Shown here piece by piece: positions 10,274-19,741 of a stretch of DNA of 64,000 nt. Source of the DNA: Patescibacteria group bacterium (lineage in GTDB: Bacteria > Patescibacteriota > Microgenomatia > Levybacterales > UBA12049); the NCBI GenBank assembly GCA_038063415.1, contig JBBTVD010000002.1, positions 792-64,791 on the forward strand, read 5' to 3'. The notes beneath the pieces were generated by a model. That model did no database searches and was not told the origin of the DNA. It saw nothing but the letters and a program-made list of their open reading frames with translations. The position numbers and the translations under genes were made by a program. Within the stretch, counting starts at the first letter, position 1. Each line of letters opens with the position of its first letter.

Positions 10274-11227
10274 ATGACACTCAGTATTATTATTCCTAAC
10301 TATAACGGAGCACGACTGCTCGAAAAAAATCTTCCTCATGTGCTTGCTGCTGTACAGGCGTATAATGCCGAAAAGACAGAAATAATTATCCCTGAAGATC
10401 CCTCAACAGATGATTCAGTAGCTGTTATTGCTAAGTTCATCAAAAGCTTAGACGGGAAAAAAATAATCGGAAAAACTATTGAAAATCGAAACAAAAAACT
10501 TGCAGGTTTTTCTCATAATGTAAATCGTGGGGTGAGTCTTTCGACAGGAGAGATTCTTGTTTTATTAAATTCTGATGTTCGACCATATAAAGATTTTTTA
10601 ACACCACTTCTTGAGCCATTTAAAGATCAAAATGTCTTTGCTTGTGGTTGTCTTGACGAAACAGAAGAAAATGGCAAAATGATGCAACGAGGAAGAGGTA
10701 TCGGCCGTTGGCATCAGGGATTTTTGGTTCACGCGGCAGGTTGTCTAGACAAGCAAAATACGTTATGGGCAAGTGGTGGCAGTAGTGCTTTCCGTAAATC
10801 ATTGTGGGATAAGTTGCATGGATTAGATACGATCTACGATCCCTTTTATTGGGAAGATATTGATCTTTCTTATCGTGCACTAAAATCAGGATACAAAATT
10901 TTTTTCGTCCCTGAAAGTAGAGTAAGACACGCGCATGATGAAGGTGTCGTAAAAAGCAATTTTAGTTCTTCATATGTCAAAAAAATAGCCTATCGTAACC
11001 AATGTATTTTTGTCTGGAAGGATATTACGCAGACAAATCTGCTCTTGTCAAATATATTTTGGTTAGTGTATCATAGTCTTAAGGCACTCTACCGAGGAGA
11101 TTGGCCTTTTTTTCAAGGCGTCGGTATGGCACTGATGCAGATACACACTATTTTACAGAAACGGGCTCGGGCAAAGAAACTGTTTATTAAATCAGACAAT
11201 GAAGTTTTAGCCAACTATAATCAATGA
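10274..11227 (+). CDS. GT2 glycosyltransferase
   Basis: MTLSIIIPNYNGARLLEKNLP... followed by a DxD-type region (LNSDV) and WEDIDLSYR. Confidence 0.75.
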   Translation: MTLSIIIPNYNGARLLEKNLPHVLAAVQAYNAEKTEIIIPEDPSTDDSVAVIAKFIKSLDGKKIIGKTIENRNKKLAGFSHNVNRGVSLSTGEILVLLNSDVRPYKDFLTPLLEPFKDQNVFACGCLDETEENGKMMQRGRGIGRWHQGFLVHAAGCLDKQNTLWASGGSSAFRKSLWDKLHGLDTIYDPFYWEDIDLSYRALKSGYKIFFVPESRVRHAHDEGVVKSNFSSSYVKKIAYRNQCIFVWKDITQTNLLLSNIFWLVYHSLKALYRGDWPFFQGVGMALMQIHTILQKRARAKKLFIKSDNEVLANYNQ

Positions 11228-11943
11228 AGTTATCAATTATCATCCCAGTTTATAATGAAGAAAAAACAATTAAACAAATAATCCTTCGGGTTGTCGCTGC
11301 CAAAATTCCTGATGTAGAAAAAGAAATTATCGTTGTTGATGATGGGTCAACTGATAACTCCATTAAAGAGATGGAATCGCTTCCAGCTGATATTAAAAAA
11401 CAAATCCATCTTATTTATCGTAAGAAAAATGGAGGTAAGGGAGCAGCTCTTCGATCTGGTTTTGAAAAGGCTACTGGTGACTATATCATCATTCAGGATG
11501 CTGATCTAGAATATGATCCGACCAATATTGCCCGTCTCGTAAAGCCTATTCTTGACGGGAAAGCGACCGTTGTCTATGGGACACGGCTTGATCGTTTGCC
11601 CAATCTTACCAAAGAGGAAAGTCATCCGTTATTCCTTCTGCATTATGTGGGAAATCGTTTCCTTAGTCTCATGACTAGTGCTTTGTATGGGTATTGGGTA
11701 ACGGATATGGAAACCTGTTACAAACTCTTTCCTAAAAAAGCGCTTGAGGGGATGACAATCCATGCACGAGGTTTTGAATTTGAGCCTGAGATTACCGCAA
11801 AACTTCTCAAAAGAGGCTATAAAATTTATGAAATGCCAATAACTACAACACCACGTGGCTATGAAGAAGGGAAGAAACTCAATACTGTCCGAGATGGAAG
11901 CAAAGCGGTCAAAGCTTTGTGGAAATATCGCTTCACCGAGTAG
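11224..11943 (+). CDS. GT2 glycosyltransferase, Dol-P-mannose synthase-like (DPM1-like)
   Basis: LSIIIPVYNEEKTIKQI...VVDDGSTDNS...IIIQDADLEYDP. ATGA overlap with the previous gene. Confidence 0.75.
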   Translation: MKLSIIIPVYNEEKTIKQIILRVVAAKIPDVEKEIIVVDDGSTDNSIKEMESLPADIKKQIHLIYRKKNGGKGAALRSGFEKATGDYIIIQDADLEYDPTNIARLVKPILDGKATVVYGTRLDRLPNLTKEESHPLFLLHYVGNRFLSLMTSALYGYWVTDMETCYKLFPKKALEGMTIHARGFEFEPEITAKLLKRGYKIYEMPITTTPRGYEEGKKLNTVRDGSKAVKALWKYRFTE

Positions 11944-12013
11944 CCTATCCTTTTCTGTCATCCTCTGGAGATACCATTGATTTACTTGACAAAAACGCTA
12001 TGATAGAAGAGCG

Positions 12014-13525
12014 ATGAAAAAAAGTATCTCCATTTCAAACCTTCGCAAACAGTGGTTTCTTTTTGCAGTAATCTCGATCATCCTTCTTGCTACCGTCTTA
12101 CGATTCGCCAATTATTCGGAGCGTTTTGGACTGGCATATGATCAAGCCCACGATGCCCTCATTGCTCACTATGCTGTCACCTCGTACCAACTTCCCTTAC
12201 TCGGACCCTTCTCTTCTGCTGGGCCTTTTCAGACCGGGGGAGAGTGGTATTGGCTTATTATGTCGGGGACGGTACTTGCTCCACAATTTCTTTTGAGTCC
12301 ATGGATATTTATCACCTCACTCTCTGTGCTTTTTGTCTATCTGATGATTCTAGTTGGTAAAGAAATTGCTGGAAAGCAGTTTGCCATTCTTGCTGGGTTT
12401 CTTGCTGCTGTTTCTCCGGGACAAATCAATCAAAGCACCAATCTTACCAATCAATCGCCACAGTCGCTTTTTGCCGTCCTTGCCATTTGGTTTGCGTTAC
12501 TCTTTTTACACCAATATAAACTTCGTTATGCCTTCCTTTTGGGACTTACCATTGGTATTGCGTCAAGTATTCATCTTTCTGGAGTTGCTTTGGGGTCATT
12601 GGCTGTGGGATTACTTTGTATCTTCCTTTTTGTTGAGAAGAAGATTCCCTATCGTGCAGCGCTTCTTGTCATCTTGGGGGTTGTTCTTCCTTGGATTCCC
12701 GTACTTTTGGTTGACCTTCAGCACCATTTCTTTAATTTCGGTAATATGATTCAGTACTACCTGCATGATCAACACAACATCTCTCTTGATGTGTTGGGGA
12801 GAAGGTGGCTAACGTATCTTGGTGTCTTTTGGCCAACAGAATGGGCATTTATCATTGGTGGATTTCCCTGGGTAGGTTATCTTATTGGGGTATCTTTTCT
12901 TTCTTTTATTTTTCTTAGAAAATTCGTAAAAAAAGAAATTGTTATTTTACTCATAAGTCTTGCTATTATGATTGGTTTACTTCGATATACCCATACTCCC
13001 ATTTTTACTAGTTATCTTGTCTTCACACACCCATTTGTCTTACTTATTACTGCATGGATTATCTTTATGCTTTGGCGTAAGCAAGTCTTCGTTGGAGCTG
13101 CATTTTTTGCTCTTCTTGTTGCTAGCTCACTTTGGCAGGATTATCAGATTATCAGTACTGCACAAAACCAAACCGCTCATACTGTCGAAAAACAAATCCA
13201 AGCACTTGAAGCGAGGTATCCCAACAAAAAGTTTGCTGTGTATACCTACCAGGGGAAATGGAATGACAAAAACTATTCTTTAGCTTTATTTCTCGTTAAA
13301 AGAGGTCTGCTTGACGACAATGGTATAAAAGTAAGCACTGTCATTGCCACGCAAGTACCCGAACTCAAAAAATATGTTTTCTTTGGTCCAGAGGGAGATT
13401 TTCAATTAGTTGCGGTACCGAAGCTATCAGCAAAAGAGTTTGAGCAAAAACAATGGAAGCAGATTAGTGACAAGCAAATCTATAAAGAAACAGAAGAGTG
13501 GTTTTATCATAAAGACCAACCCTAG
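12014..13525 (+). CDS. Polytopic membrane protein, putative GT-C glycosyltransferase (subfamily shared with 16975..18468)
   Basis: 503 aa, many TM helices. N-terminal LRFANYSERFGLAYDQAHDALIAHYAV...LPLLGPFSSAG aligns with LRNLYLPGNMLFGYEQGRDALVVKD...LIGPKTDIDG of the minus-strand paralog. Confidence 0.45.
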   Translation: MKKSISISNLRKQWFLFAVISIILLATVLRFANYSERFGLAYDQAHDALIAHYAVTSYQLPLLGPFSSAGPFQTGGEWYWLIMSGTVLAPQFLLSPWIFITSLSVLFVYLMILVGKEIAGKQFAILAGFLAAVSPGQINQSTNLTNQSPQSLFAVLAIWFALLFLHQYKLRYAFLLGLTIGIASSIHLSGVALGSLAVGLLCIFLFVEKKIPYRAALLVILGVVLPWIPVLLVDLQHHFFNFGNMIQYYLHDQHNISLDVLGRRWLTYLGVFWPTEWAFIIGGFPWVGYLIGVSFLSFIFLRKFVKKEIVILLISLAIMIGLLRYTHTPIFTSYLVFTHPFVLLITAWIIFMLWRKQVFVGAAFFALLVASSLWQDYQIISTAQNQTAHTVEKQIQALEARYPNKKFAVYTYQGKWNDKNYSLALFLVKRGLLDDNGIKVSTVIATQVPELKKYVFFGPEGDFQLVAVPKLSAKEFEQKQWKQISDKQIYKETEEWFYHKDQP

Positions 13526-13552
13526 AAGTTGCATGAAGTAAAATTGTCCGTC

Positions 13553-13579
13553 ATGCTGGCTCGTCCAGCATCGGTTTTG
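13553..13579 (+). terminator. Candidate rho-independent terminator (7-bp stem atgctgg/ccagcat, loop ctcgt, then GGTTTTG)
   Basis: Hairpin read directly in the sequence after the stop of 12014..13525. The T-run is short, so it is weak. Confidence 0.3.
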
Positions 13580-13605
13580 ATTCTGGGTGCGCTGTGCTTA
13601 CCAGA

Positions 13606-15276
13606 ATGACGAAAGTACGTATCGTGAAAATAACCAAGCAAACAACTATTCTAATCATTATTTTACTCACTGCTGCTTTTCTTCGCTTTTATCAGTTGGG
13701 CAGTAATCCTCCATCGTTGACATGGGATGAGGTTGCGTGGGGATACAATGCGTATTCATTAGGACTTGACGGCAAAGATGAATTTGGCAAGTTTTTGCCC
13801 TATACTCACATAGAATCATTTGGTGATTTTAAGCCTCCACTGTATGCTTATTTGAGTATGTTGCCAGTAAAATTATTTGGTATGACAGAATTTGCGACCC
13901 GTTTTATCTCAGCGTTATTTGGGACATTGACAGTGCTGATAACCTATTTCTTAACAAAAGAATTGTTTAGAAATAAGACTGAAGACGTAAGATATACGTC
14001 ATATATCCCACTTGTAGCATCATTCTTAATGGCCATCATGCCGTGGCATGTTATGCTTTCTCGAGCGGCATTTGAAGCAAATCTTGCGACGTTTTTAATC
14101 GTTACAGGCGTCTGGCTCTTTCTCCTTGGGATACATCGTTACTCCTGGTTTCTTATCCTCTCGATTCTTTCTTTCTCACTTTCGTTGTATACGTTTAATA
14201 GTGCCAGAATCGTTACCCCGTTATTGCTCCTTGTTCTTGCAATCACCTTTTGGAAAAAACTTTTTGCCAAAAAAGCGATGGTAGCAGTCACCGTTGTTCT
14301 CGGGCTTGCGATTGTTTTGCCCCTCGTGCCATCACTCTTGTCTCCACAAGCAAAAGTACGATTTGATGAAGTGAACATTTTCTCAGATTTGGATATTATT
14401 GAGACAAGTAACCAAGAGATAGCCAATGACGATGGTGCCTGGTGGTCGAGTATCTTACATAATCGTCGAGTAGCTTATGGAGTAGAATTTCTTGATCATT
14501 ACTTTGATAATCTTTCTCCACAATTTCTTTTTATCTCAGGAGACGGGAACGCGAAGTTTTCTATACAAAGCATGGGACAGCTTTATCTCTGGCAACTACC
14601 ATTCCTTTTGATCGGTCTTTTCTTACTCGTTCGAAAAAAAGATGGCCTTTGGTGGTTTATTCCTCTGTGGATTCTTATTGCAATTATTCCGGCAGGGATA
14701 GCTCGTGAGACGCCTCATGCACTTCGTATCGAAGCGGCAGTTGTTCCTTTTAGTATTATTATTGCTTATGGTATCGTACAGAGTGTTCTTCTCCTTAAAG
14801 GAAGCATGTTTAAAATTCCATTACGTGGACTTCTTCTCGGCAGTATCAGCGTGAGCGCTCTTTTTGCCTTGGTATTTTTTGTTACTGATTTACTAGTCTA
14901 TTATCCCAAGCAATTTTCCCATGAATGGCAATATGGCTATAAAGAAGCTGTTGGCTATCTCTCTCAAGTTGAAGATGAGTATGATATGATTGCCTTTTCC
15001 CAAGTGCTCGGTAGACCCTATATCTATATGCTTTTTTATACCCAGTATCCGCCACAAGAGTTTCGTGATAAAGCAGATATCTCTCGAGATATTTTTGGTT
15101 TTGTAACAATTAAATCGATAGGGAAGTATTATTCGGGTAAAGAGCTCTTGCCGGCAACAGAAGGGAAACGGGTACTGTATTTTGATAAGGAAAAGGACAT
15201 GCCACCTGGCGCAAAAATACAAAAGAAGTTCTATCGGTTAGATGGCAAGGTGGCACTGGTGGCTTTTACCTTATAA
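13606..15276 (+). CDS. ArnT/PMT-family (GT39/GT83-like) membrane glycosyltransferase, paralog 1
   Basis: LRFYQLGSNPPSLTWDEVAWGYNAYSL...GKFLPYTHIESFGDFKPPLYAYL matches the ArnT/PMT loop-1 DE motif and KPPL. ATG at 13606 preferred over the GTG at 13594 used by the ORF track. Confidence 0.7.
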   Translation: MTKVRIVKITKQTTILIIILLTAAFLRFYQLGSNPPSLTWDEVAWGYNAYSLGLDGKDEFGKFLPYTHIESFGDFKPPLYAYLSMLPVKLFGMTEFATRFISALFGTLTVLITYFLTKELFRNKTEDVRYTSYIPLVASFLMAIMPWHVMLSRAAFEANLATFLIVTGVWLFLLGIHRYSWFLILSILSFSLSLYTFNSARIVTPLLLLVLAITFWKKLFAKKAMVAVTVVLGLAIVLPLVPSLLSPQAKVRFDEVNIFSDLDIIETSNQEIANDDGAWWSSILHNRRVAYGVEFLDHYFDNLSPQFLFISGDGNAKFSIQSMGQLYLWQLPFLLIGLFLLVRKKDGLWWFIPLWILIAIIPAGIARETPHALRIEAAVVPFSIIIAYGIVQSVLLLKGSMFKIPLRGLLLGSISVSALFALVFFVTDLLVYYPKQFSHEWQYGYKEAVGYLSQVEDEYDMIAFSQVLGRPYIYMLFYTQYPPQEFRDKADISRDIFGFVTIKSIGKYYSGKELLPATEGKRVLYFDKEKDMPPGAKIQKKFYRLDGKVALVAFTL

Positions 15277-15305
15277 AATAAAACATAAAAAAGTAAAAAT
15301 ATACA

Positions 15306-16991
15306 ATGAAAAAGAATACAATAGTTTTGCTAATCATAATCATCTTTGCTGCTGCCTTACGGCTGTGGCAGTTGGGGACGGTGCCACTTTCCCCTGATTG
15401 GGATGAAGCAGCACTTGGTTATAATGCGTACTCGATCATGCAAACGGGCAAGGATGAGTACAGCGACACTCTTCCAATTGTCTTACAATCGTTTGGTGAT
15501 TATAAGCCAGCGCTCTACGTTTATTTTGCTCTGCCTTTTATTGCCCTTTTTGGTCTTGATGTTTTTGCTGTACGACTACCGTCCGCTCTTTTTGGCATTT
15601 TGACGGTACTTGCGACGTATTTTCTGGTCAAAGAGCTCTTTGGACACAAGACTAACGATGAAGAACGTAAGAAGACAACTCCTTCTTCATATAGTTCTTA
15701 TCTTCCACTTCTAACGACATTTTTGCTTGCCATTTCTCCTTGGCATATGCAATTCTCTCGTGTTGCCTTTGAGGCAAATATGGCACTAAGCTTTATTGTT
15801 TTTGGTGTACTATTTTTTCTCAAAGGCTTATACAAGCCGTGGCTGTTGGTGCTTTCTATTATTTCTTTTGGAGCTAGTTTATATACCTATCAAAGTGAGA
15901 AGGTTTTTGTACCACTTTTGGCGATTACACTCGTTCTTATTTATAGGAAGCAGGTCTTTTCATTACCCAAAAAAGTGTTGATTCGTTCAAGTATTGTTGT
16001 CCTTCTTGTTTGCTTGCCTATGCTGTATTCATTTGTTACCGACGCCAATTATCTTGCACGAGCGCGCGGGGTGAGTCTGCTTTCCACGCAAGATGCAGTG
16101 CTTAAACAAGATGAAGATAAATTGCTTAAGGCCAAAGAACAGGGAGATATTATGGGTCAAATCATCTATAACAGACGGATAACCTATGGGAAAGAAATAG
16201 TAAGTGGTTACCTTGCTCATTTCGATCTTAATTGGCTCTTTATTCATGGTGATATTGCCAGGCATCATGCTCCGGGTATGGGATTACTCTACTTATGGGA
16301 GTTACCTTTTCTTTTGATTGGTATCTACCTCCTGTTCTGTATGCCTTTTTCTCGGCAAACAAAATTACTTATCTTTCTGTGGTTTGCTATTGCTCCGATA
16401 CCGGCATCCATTACCAACGGTGTGCCACATGCAGTAAGGACGCTTAATTTCCTTCCGATATTTCAGATTTTTACGGCAATTGGACTGGTAGGTGCGTTTG
16501 CATGGTTCGTTTCCAAATATAAAATGCAAAACCTAAAACCTAAAAAAATAGTGATCGCTTATTCTTTTTATCTTTTACTTTTTATCCTTGTGTTAGTTAA
16601 TGTTGCTTATTATCTCAATCAATATTTTGTGCAACAGGATTATTTTAATTCGCAAGAATGGCAATATGGGTATAAAGAAGCTGTATCAGAAGTCATAAAA
16701 AGAGAAGGTTCCCACGATAAGGTAGTTGTTGCAAATACTGGTATTCTTGACCAATCGTATATCTTTTTTCTCTTCTATCTTCAGTATCCACCAGCAGACT
16801 ATCAAAAAGAGCGTAGTGGTGAGCATAACTTTGAGAAGTACGAATTTAGGAAGATAGATTGGTCTAAAGAACAAAAGGATGGCAAAACACTGTATGTGGG
16901 GCAAAAGGATGATTTTTCTGATGCAACTACTCCTTTGCATCAAGTTACCTTCCTCAATGGAGAATCGGGGATACTTATTGTTGATCGGTAA
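15306..16991 (+). CDS. ArnT/PMT-family membrane glycosyltransferase, paralog 2 (tandem)
   Basis: LRLWQLGTVPLSPDWDEAALGYNAYSI...LPIVLQSFGDYKPALYVYF. Clear paralog of 13606..15276. Confidence 0.7.
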   Translation: MKKNTIVLLIIIIFAAALRLWQLGTVPLSPDWDEAALGYNAYSIMQTGKDEYSDTLPIVLQSFGDYKPALYVYFALPFIALFGLDVFAVRLPSALFGILTVLATYFLVKELFGHKTNDEERKKTTPSSYSSYLPLLTTFLLAISPWHMQFSRVAFEANMALSFIVFGVLFFLKGLYKPWLLVLSIISFGASLYTYQSEKVFVPLLAITLVLIYRKQVFSLPKKVLIRSSIVVLLVCLPMLYSFVTDANYLARARGVSLLSTQDAVLKQDEDKLLKAKEQGDIMGQIIYNRRITYGKEIVSGYLAHFDLNWLFIHGDIARHHAPGMGLLYLWELPFLLIGIYLLFCMPFSRQTKLLIFLWFAIAPIPASITNGVPHAVRTLNFLPIFQIFTAIGLVGAFAWFVSKYKMQNLKPKKIVIAYSFYLLLFILVLVNVAYYLNQYFVQQDYFNSQEWQYGYKEAVSEVIKREGSHDKVVVANTGILDQSYIFFLFYLQYPPADYQKERSGEHNFEKYEFRKIDWSKEQKDGKTLYVGQKDDFSDATTPLHQVTFLNGESGILIVDR

Positions 16992-18468
16992 TAAGCCTCT
17001 TCCTCTGCTGTATTTCAATTCCACCAATGGTTTGTTTTCGGACTGGTGTTGTTACCTTATGATAAGTTGCCAACCATTGGATAAAGATCTTCCCTTCAGC
17101 ACCTGGTTCGATAATCATAAAAACAGTCTCTTTTTCTCCTGGTGTCGCATTGTTGGCATATTGCTTTGGATACTTTTGCTTACCATACCAGTCATATAAA
17201 TATTGCCAAGCATGTTGATGGAAATTGGGGATGTTATACGACTCTATCGTAAATCCATTGCCACCATGAGAAAAGACATAATCAAGTGTTGCCAGCTGGT
17301 CCTTATACATATAGTTTTGTTGTACTGCATGGTAAAACACATGCGAGTTATTGGGGAGACTTTTGTTTGTGTAGGAAATATTCCCTACAACGATGAGACA
17401 ATAAGCAAGCACAACGCCATACTTGGTCAGTGATTTCTCTGTATTACTGACGAGAAAGTTAAAGCCAACGATCCAGCCGATCGCTGTTCCTGCATAGAAA
17501 TGCTCAAGCGATCCATATTTGAGAAGAAAAATATAAGGGAAACTAAAGAAGATCATAAGGAGAATCAACTTAAATTCAATGCTCATTTTTTTTGTTTTTT
17601 TCTTAAAATAAAACATGAGCATTGCGGTAATAAAAAGGAAGAGTAGCATCCCGTTTGAGGGGAAGAGGGTCGCTACCATATTGAGGGTTAGCCCATCAAT
17701 ATACGTGTAGATAACCTTGAGTGGATCAACTGAGAGGGATTGGGAAGTAAGATAGTGCAGTACCGCATTGGTCAGGAGGAATTGATGTCGGGCATCAAAG
17801 AGAATGAAGTTGGCATTTATAATAATGGCCAGGCCAAGTCCAAAAAGAAAATACCGATTTTTTATAGGGAGTGAAAAGATTTTGATCGCGATGATGATAG
17901 TAATAAAAGCATAGAGGAGATGCAGCAGTTCAAACTGAGAAAGTAGTCCTCCAAAGATACCAATCGCAAGCCAGTATTTGGGATTTTTTGTTTTGACTAG
18001 CTTAATTAATGAGAAAAAGAACAAGGCAACAAGGGGGATACTAAATGATACATTTGAGAGCCAACGACCATAGACAATCACATCAAATGATACTGCTGTC
18101 ATGAGTGCTGCAAGAAGAGCATATTTTGTCTTGCCGATAAGTTCCTTTGCCAAAAAGAAGACGATAATAGCGGTGAGTGCATTAATAACAGTAAAGGCAG
18201 CAATAACACTTGCAGGATTTCCTTGGGCAAAGAAATAAATTGCAGCCAGTATATAATAGTAGCCTGCTCCATGAAATAAGCCATCAATATCTGTCTTTGG
18301 GCCAATAAGGGTAAATTTATCAAGGGCAATAATATCCTTTACTACCAAGGCATCTCTCCCTTGCTCATAGCCAAAGAGCATATTCCCAGGAAGATAGAGG
18401 TTTCTCAGATAGATGCCGAGAAAAAGGATCATTGCAAGTGCTGCGAGGAGGAGAATCTTCTTTTTCAT
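16975..18468 (-). CDS. Polytopic membrane protein, putative GT-C glycosyltransferase (paralog of 12014..13525)
   Basis: 497 aa, N-terminal motif shared with 12014 ORF. Converges on 15306..16991 with a 17-nt 3' overlap. Confidence 0.45.
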   Translation of the reverse strand: MKKKILLLAALAMILFLGIYLRNLYLPGNMLFGYEQGRDALVVKDIIALDKFTLIGPKTDIDGLFHGAGYYYILAAIYFFAQGNPASVIAAFTVINALTAIIVFFLAKELIGKTKYALLAALMTAVSFDVIVYGRWLSNVSFSIPLVALFFFSLIKLVKTKNPKYWLAIGIFGGLLSQFELLHLLYAFITIIIAIKIFSLPIKNRYFLFGLGLAIIINANFILFDARHQFLLTNAVLHYLTSQSLSVDPLKVIYTYIDGLTLNMVATLFPSNGMLLFLFITAMLMFYFKKKTKKMSIEFKLILLMIFFSFPYIFLLKYGSLEHFYAGTAIGWIVGFNFLVSNTEKSLTKYGVVLAYCLIVVGNISYTNKSLPNNSHVFYHAVQQNYMYKDQLATLDYVFSHGGNGFTIESYNIPNFHQHAWQYLYDWYGKQKYPKQYANNATPGEKETVFMIIEPGAEGKIFIQWLATYHKVTTPVRKQTIGGIEIQQRKRLITDQQ

Positions 18469-18529
18469 AGCTTATCTATAACTTATGTATGATATCGTTT
18501 TATATTTGTAATTACAAGAATGAATTATG

Positions 18530-19699
18530 CTAATAAACAATCGTATACATGCGTGCGGTATCTATTTCTTGTATAAGTTGTATTTTCCCTGCTTTCTCCA
18601 TATTGGTTAATGCGCTTCGAATATTTTGTGGACTTTCGAGCAGTTGTGTCACCCATTGTCGATCATCAACAGTAATAATAAGGTATTGAGGTTTTCCAGA
18701 GAAGTCAAGCCACCAACAGGTATTTTCCCCGCATTTTTCTTGTGCTTCTTTCCCCGATTTTTGTCTGGGCCAGAGGAGATAAATTTCTTTTCTATGCGTT
18801 AAGTGAGGAACGAGATTTTGCGTAGTGGCGATACTGGCATCAGTCGGAATTTCTTTGAAGAGTGAATCAGTATCTTCCATCCATGAAGCCCTCTGCCAGT
18901 ATCCTTGTTTGACAAGTTTGTTTAACGGGAAATGAAAGACATATTGCAAAACAATTGCCGTAAGGACAAGTACCCCTACCGGAAACAGTAAATCAATTTT
19001 CTTTTTTCTCAAAAAGACAAGGGCATCAAGCGTCCCCAGACTTAAAAAGACTGCCAGGATAGCACGATGATGAAGATATGGTGTGAGCATGTGACCGAAT
19101 TCGCTTGCTGCAGCAAAGTATTGGGAGAGGTCAAGAGTCACGGCAAAGATACTTCCAGGGGAAAGAAGCGGCAAAAAAGCAAAACTACTAAATGAGTAAA
19201 GCCAAACAAGACGTTTCTCATGCGTATCAAAAAATTGCGTTGCGATAGACAAAGGATCATGAGCAACTTTTGGTTGATATTGGTAGCCTACAGGAGAAAG
19301 CAAGCTGACAATGCCAACCATAATAAGACTTGCCACAATGCCGCCAAGAATAAAGAGTAATGCCTTTTTTCGGTATTGCTTCTGAAAGAAATAGATACAA
19401 CCAAGTGATGCCAACGCAATTCCCATATTTTCCTGGGTTAACAGCATGACAGCAAGCGTTCCCCAGAAGAGTTTTCTCTTTCTGGCTTCAAAAAAATACG
19501 CAAGCCAGGCGAGGAGTCCAACGTCAGAGATCCAAAGGGTGAAGTCAGAACCACCGCGTATGATCATTGGAAAGAAACTACCATTGATGAAAATGGCCAT
19601 ATCAAAAGAGAGTATAAAAACGCCTATGACAAAATAACCAAGGTTGAAGAGGTAAATGGGGTCGAGACATATACCACGACGTATATCTACGATTCCCAT
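18530..19699 (-). CDS. Polytopic membrane protein with C-terminal soluble domain (DUF2079-like, unverified); start uncertain
   Basis: ORF track gives 18530..19840 with a TTG start. The Met at 19699 (MGIVDIRR...) or later Mets near 19447 are more plausible. The first ~85 codons run antisense to YD-repeat-like coding in the + frame. Confidence 0.4.
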   Translation of the reverse strand: MGIVDIRRGICLDPIYLFNLGYFVIGVFILSFDMAIFINGSFFPMIIRGGSDFTLWISDVGLLAWLAYFFEARKRKLFWGTLAVMLLTQENMGIALASLGCIYFFQKQYRKKALLFILGGIVASLIMVGIVSLLSPVGYQYQPKVAHDPLSIATQFFDTHEKRLVWLYSFSSFAFLPLLSPGSIFAVTLDLSQYFAAASEFGHMLTPYLHHRAILAVFLSLGTLDALVFLRKKKIDLLFPVGVLVLTAIVLQYVFHFPLNKLVKQGYWQRASWMEDTDSLFKEIPTDASIATTQNLVPHLTHRKEIYLLWPRQKSGKEAQEKCGENTCWWLDFSGKPQYLIITVDDRQWVTQLLESPQNIRSALTNMEKAGKIQLIQEIDTARMYTIVY

Positions 19700-19741
19700 G
19701 ATGCGCTCACCAAAATTACTGATGCAGCAAATAACGATAAT

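Noticed and set aside
12014-13525. Assigning 12014 and 16975 proteins to GT39/ArnT like their neighbours
   Set aside because: Their N-terminal loop lacks the DE...KPxLY pattern seen in the four ArnT-like paralogs. They are kept as a separate unclassified GT-C-like subfamily.
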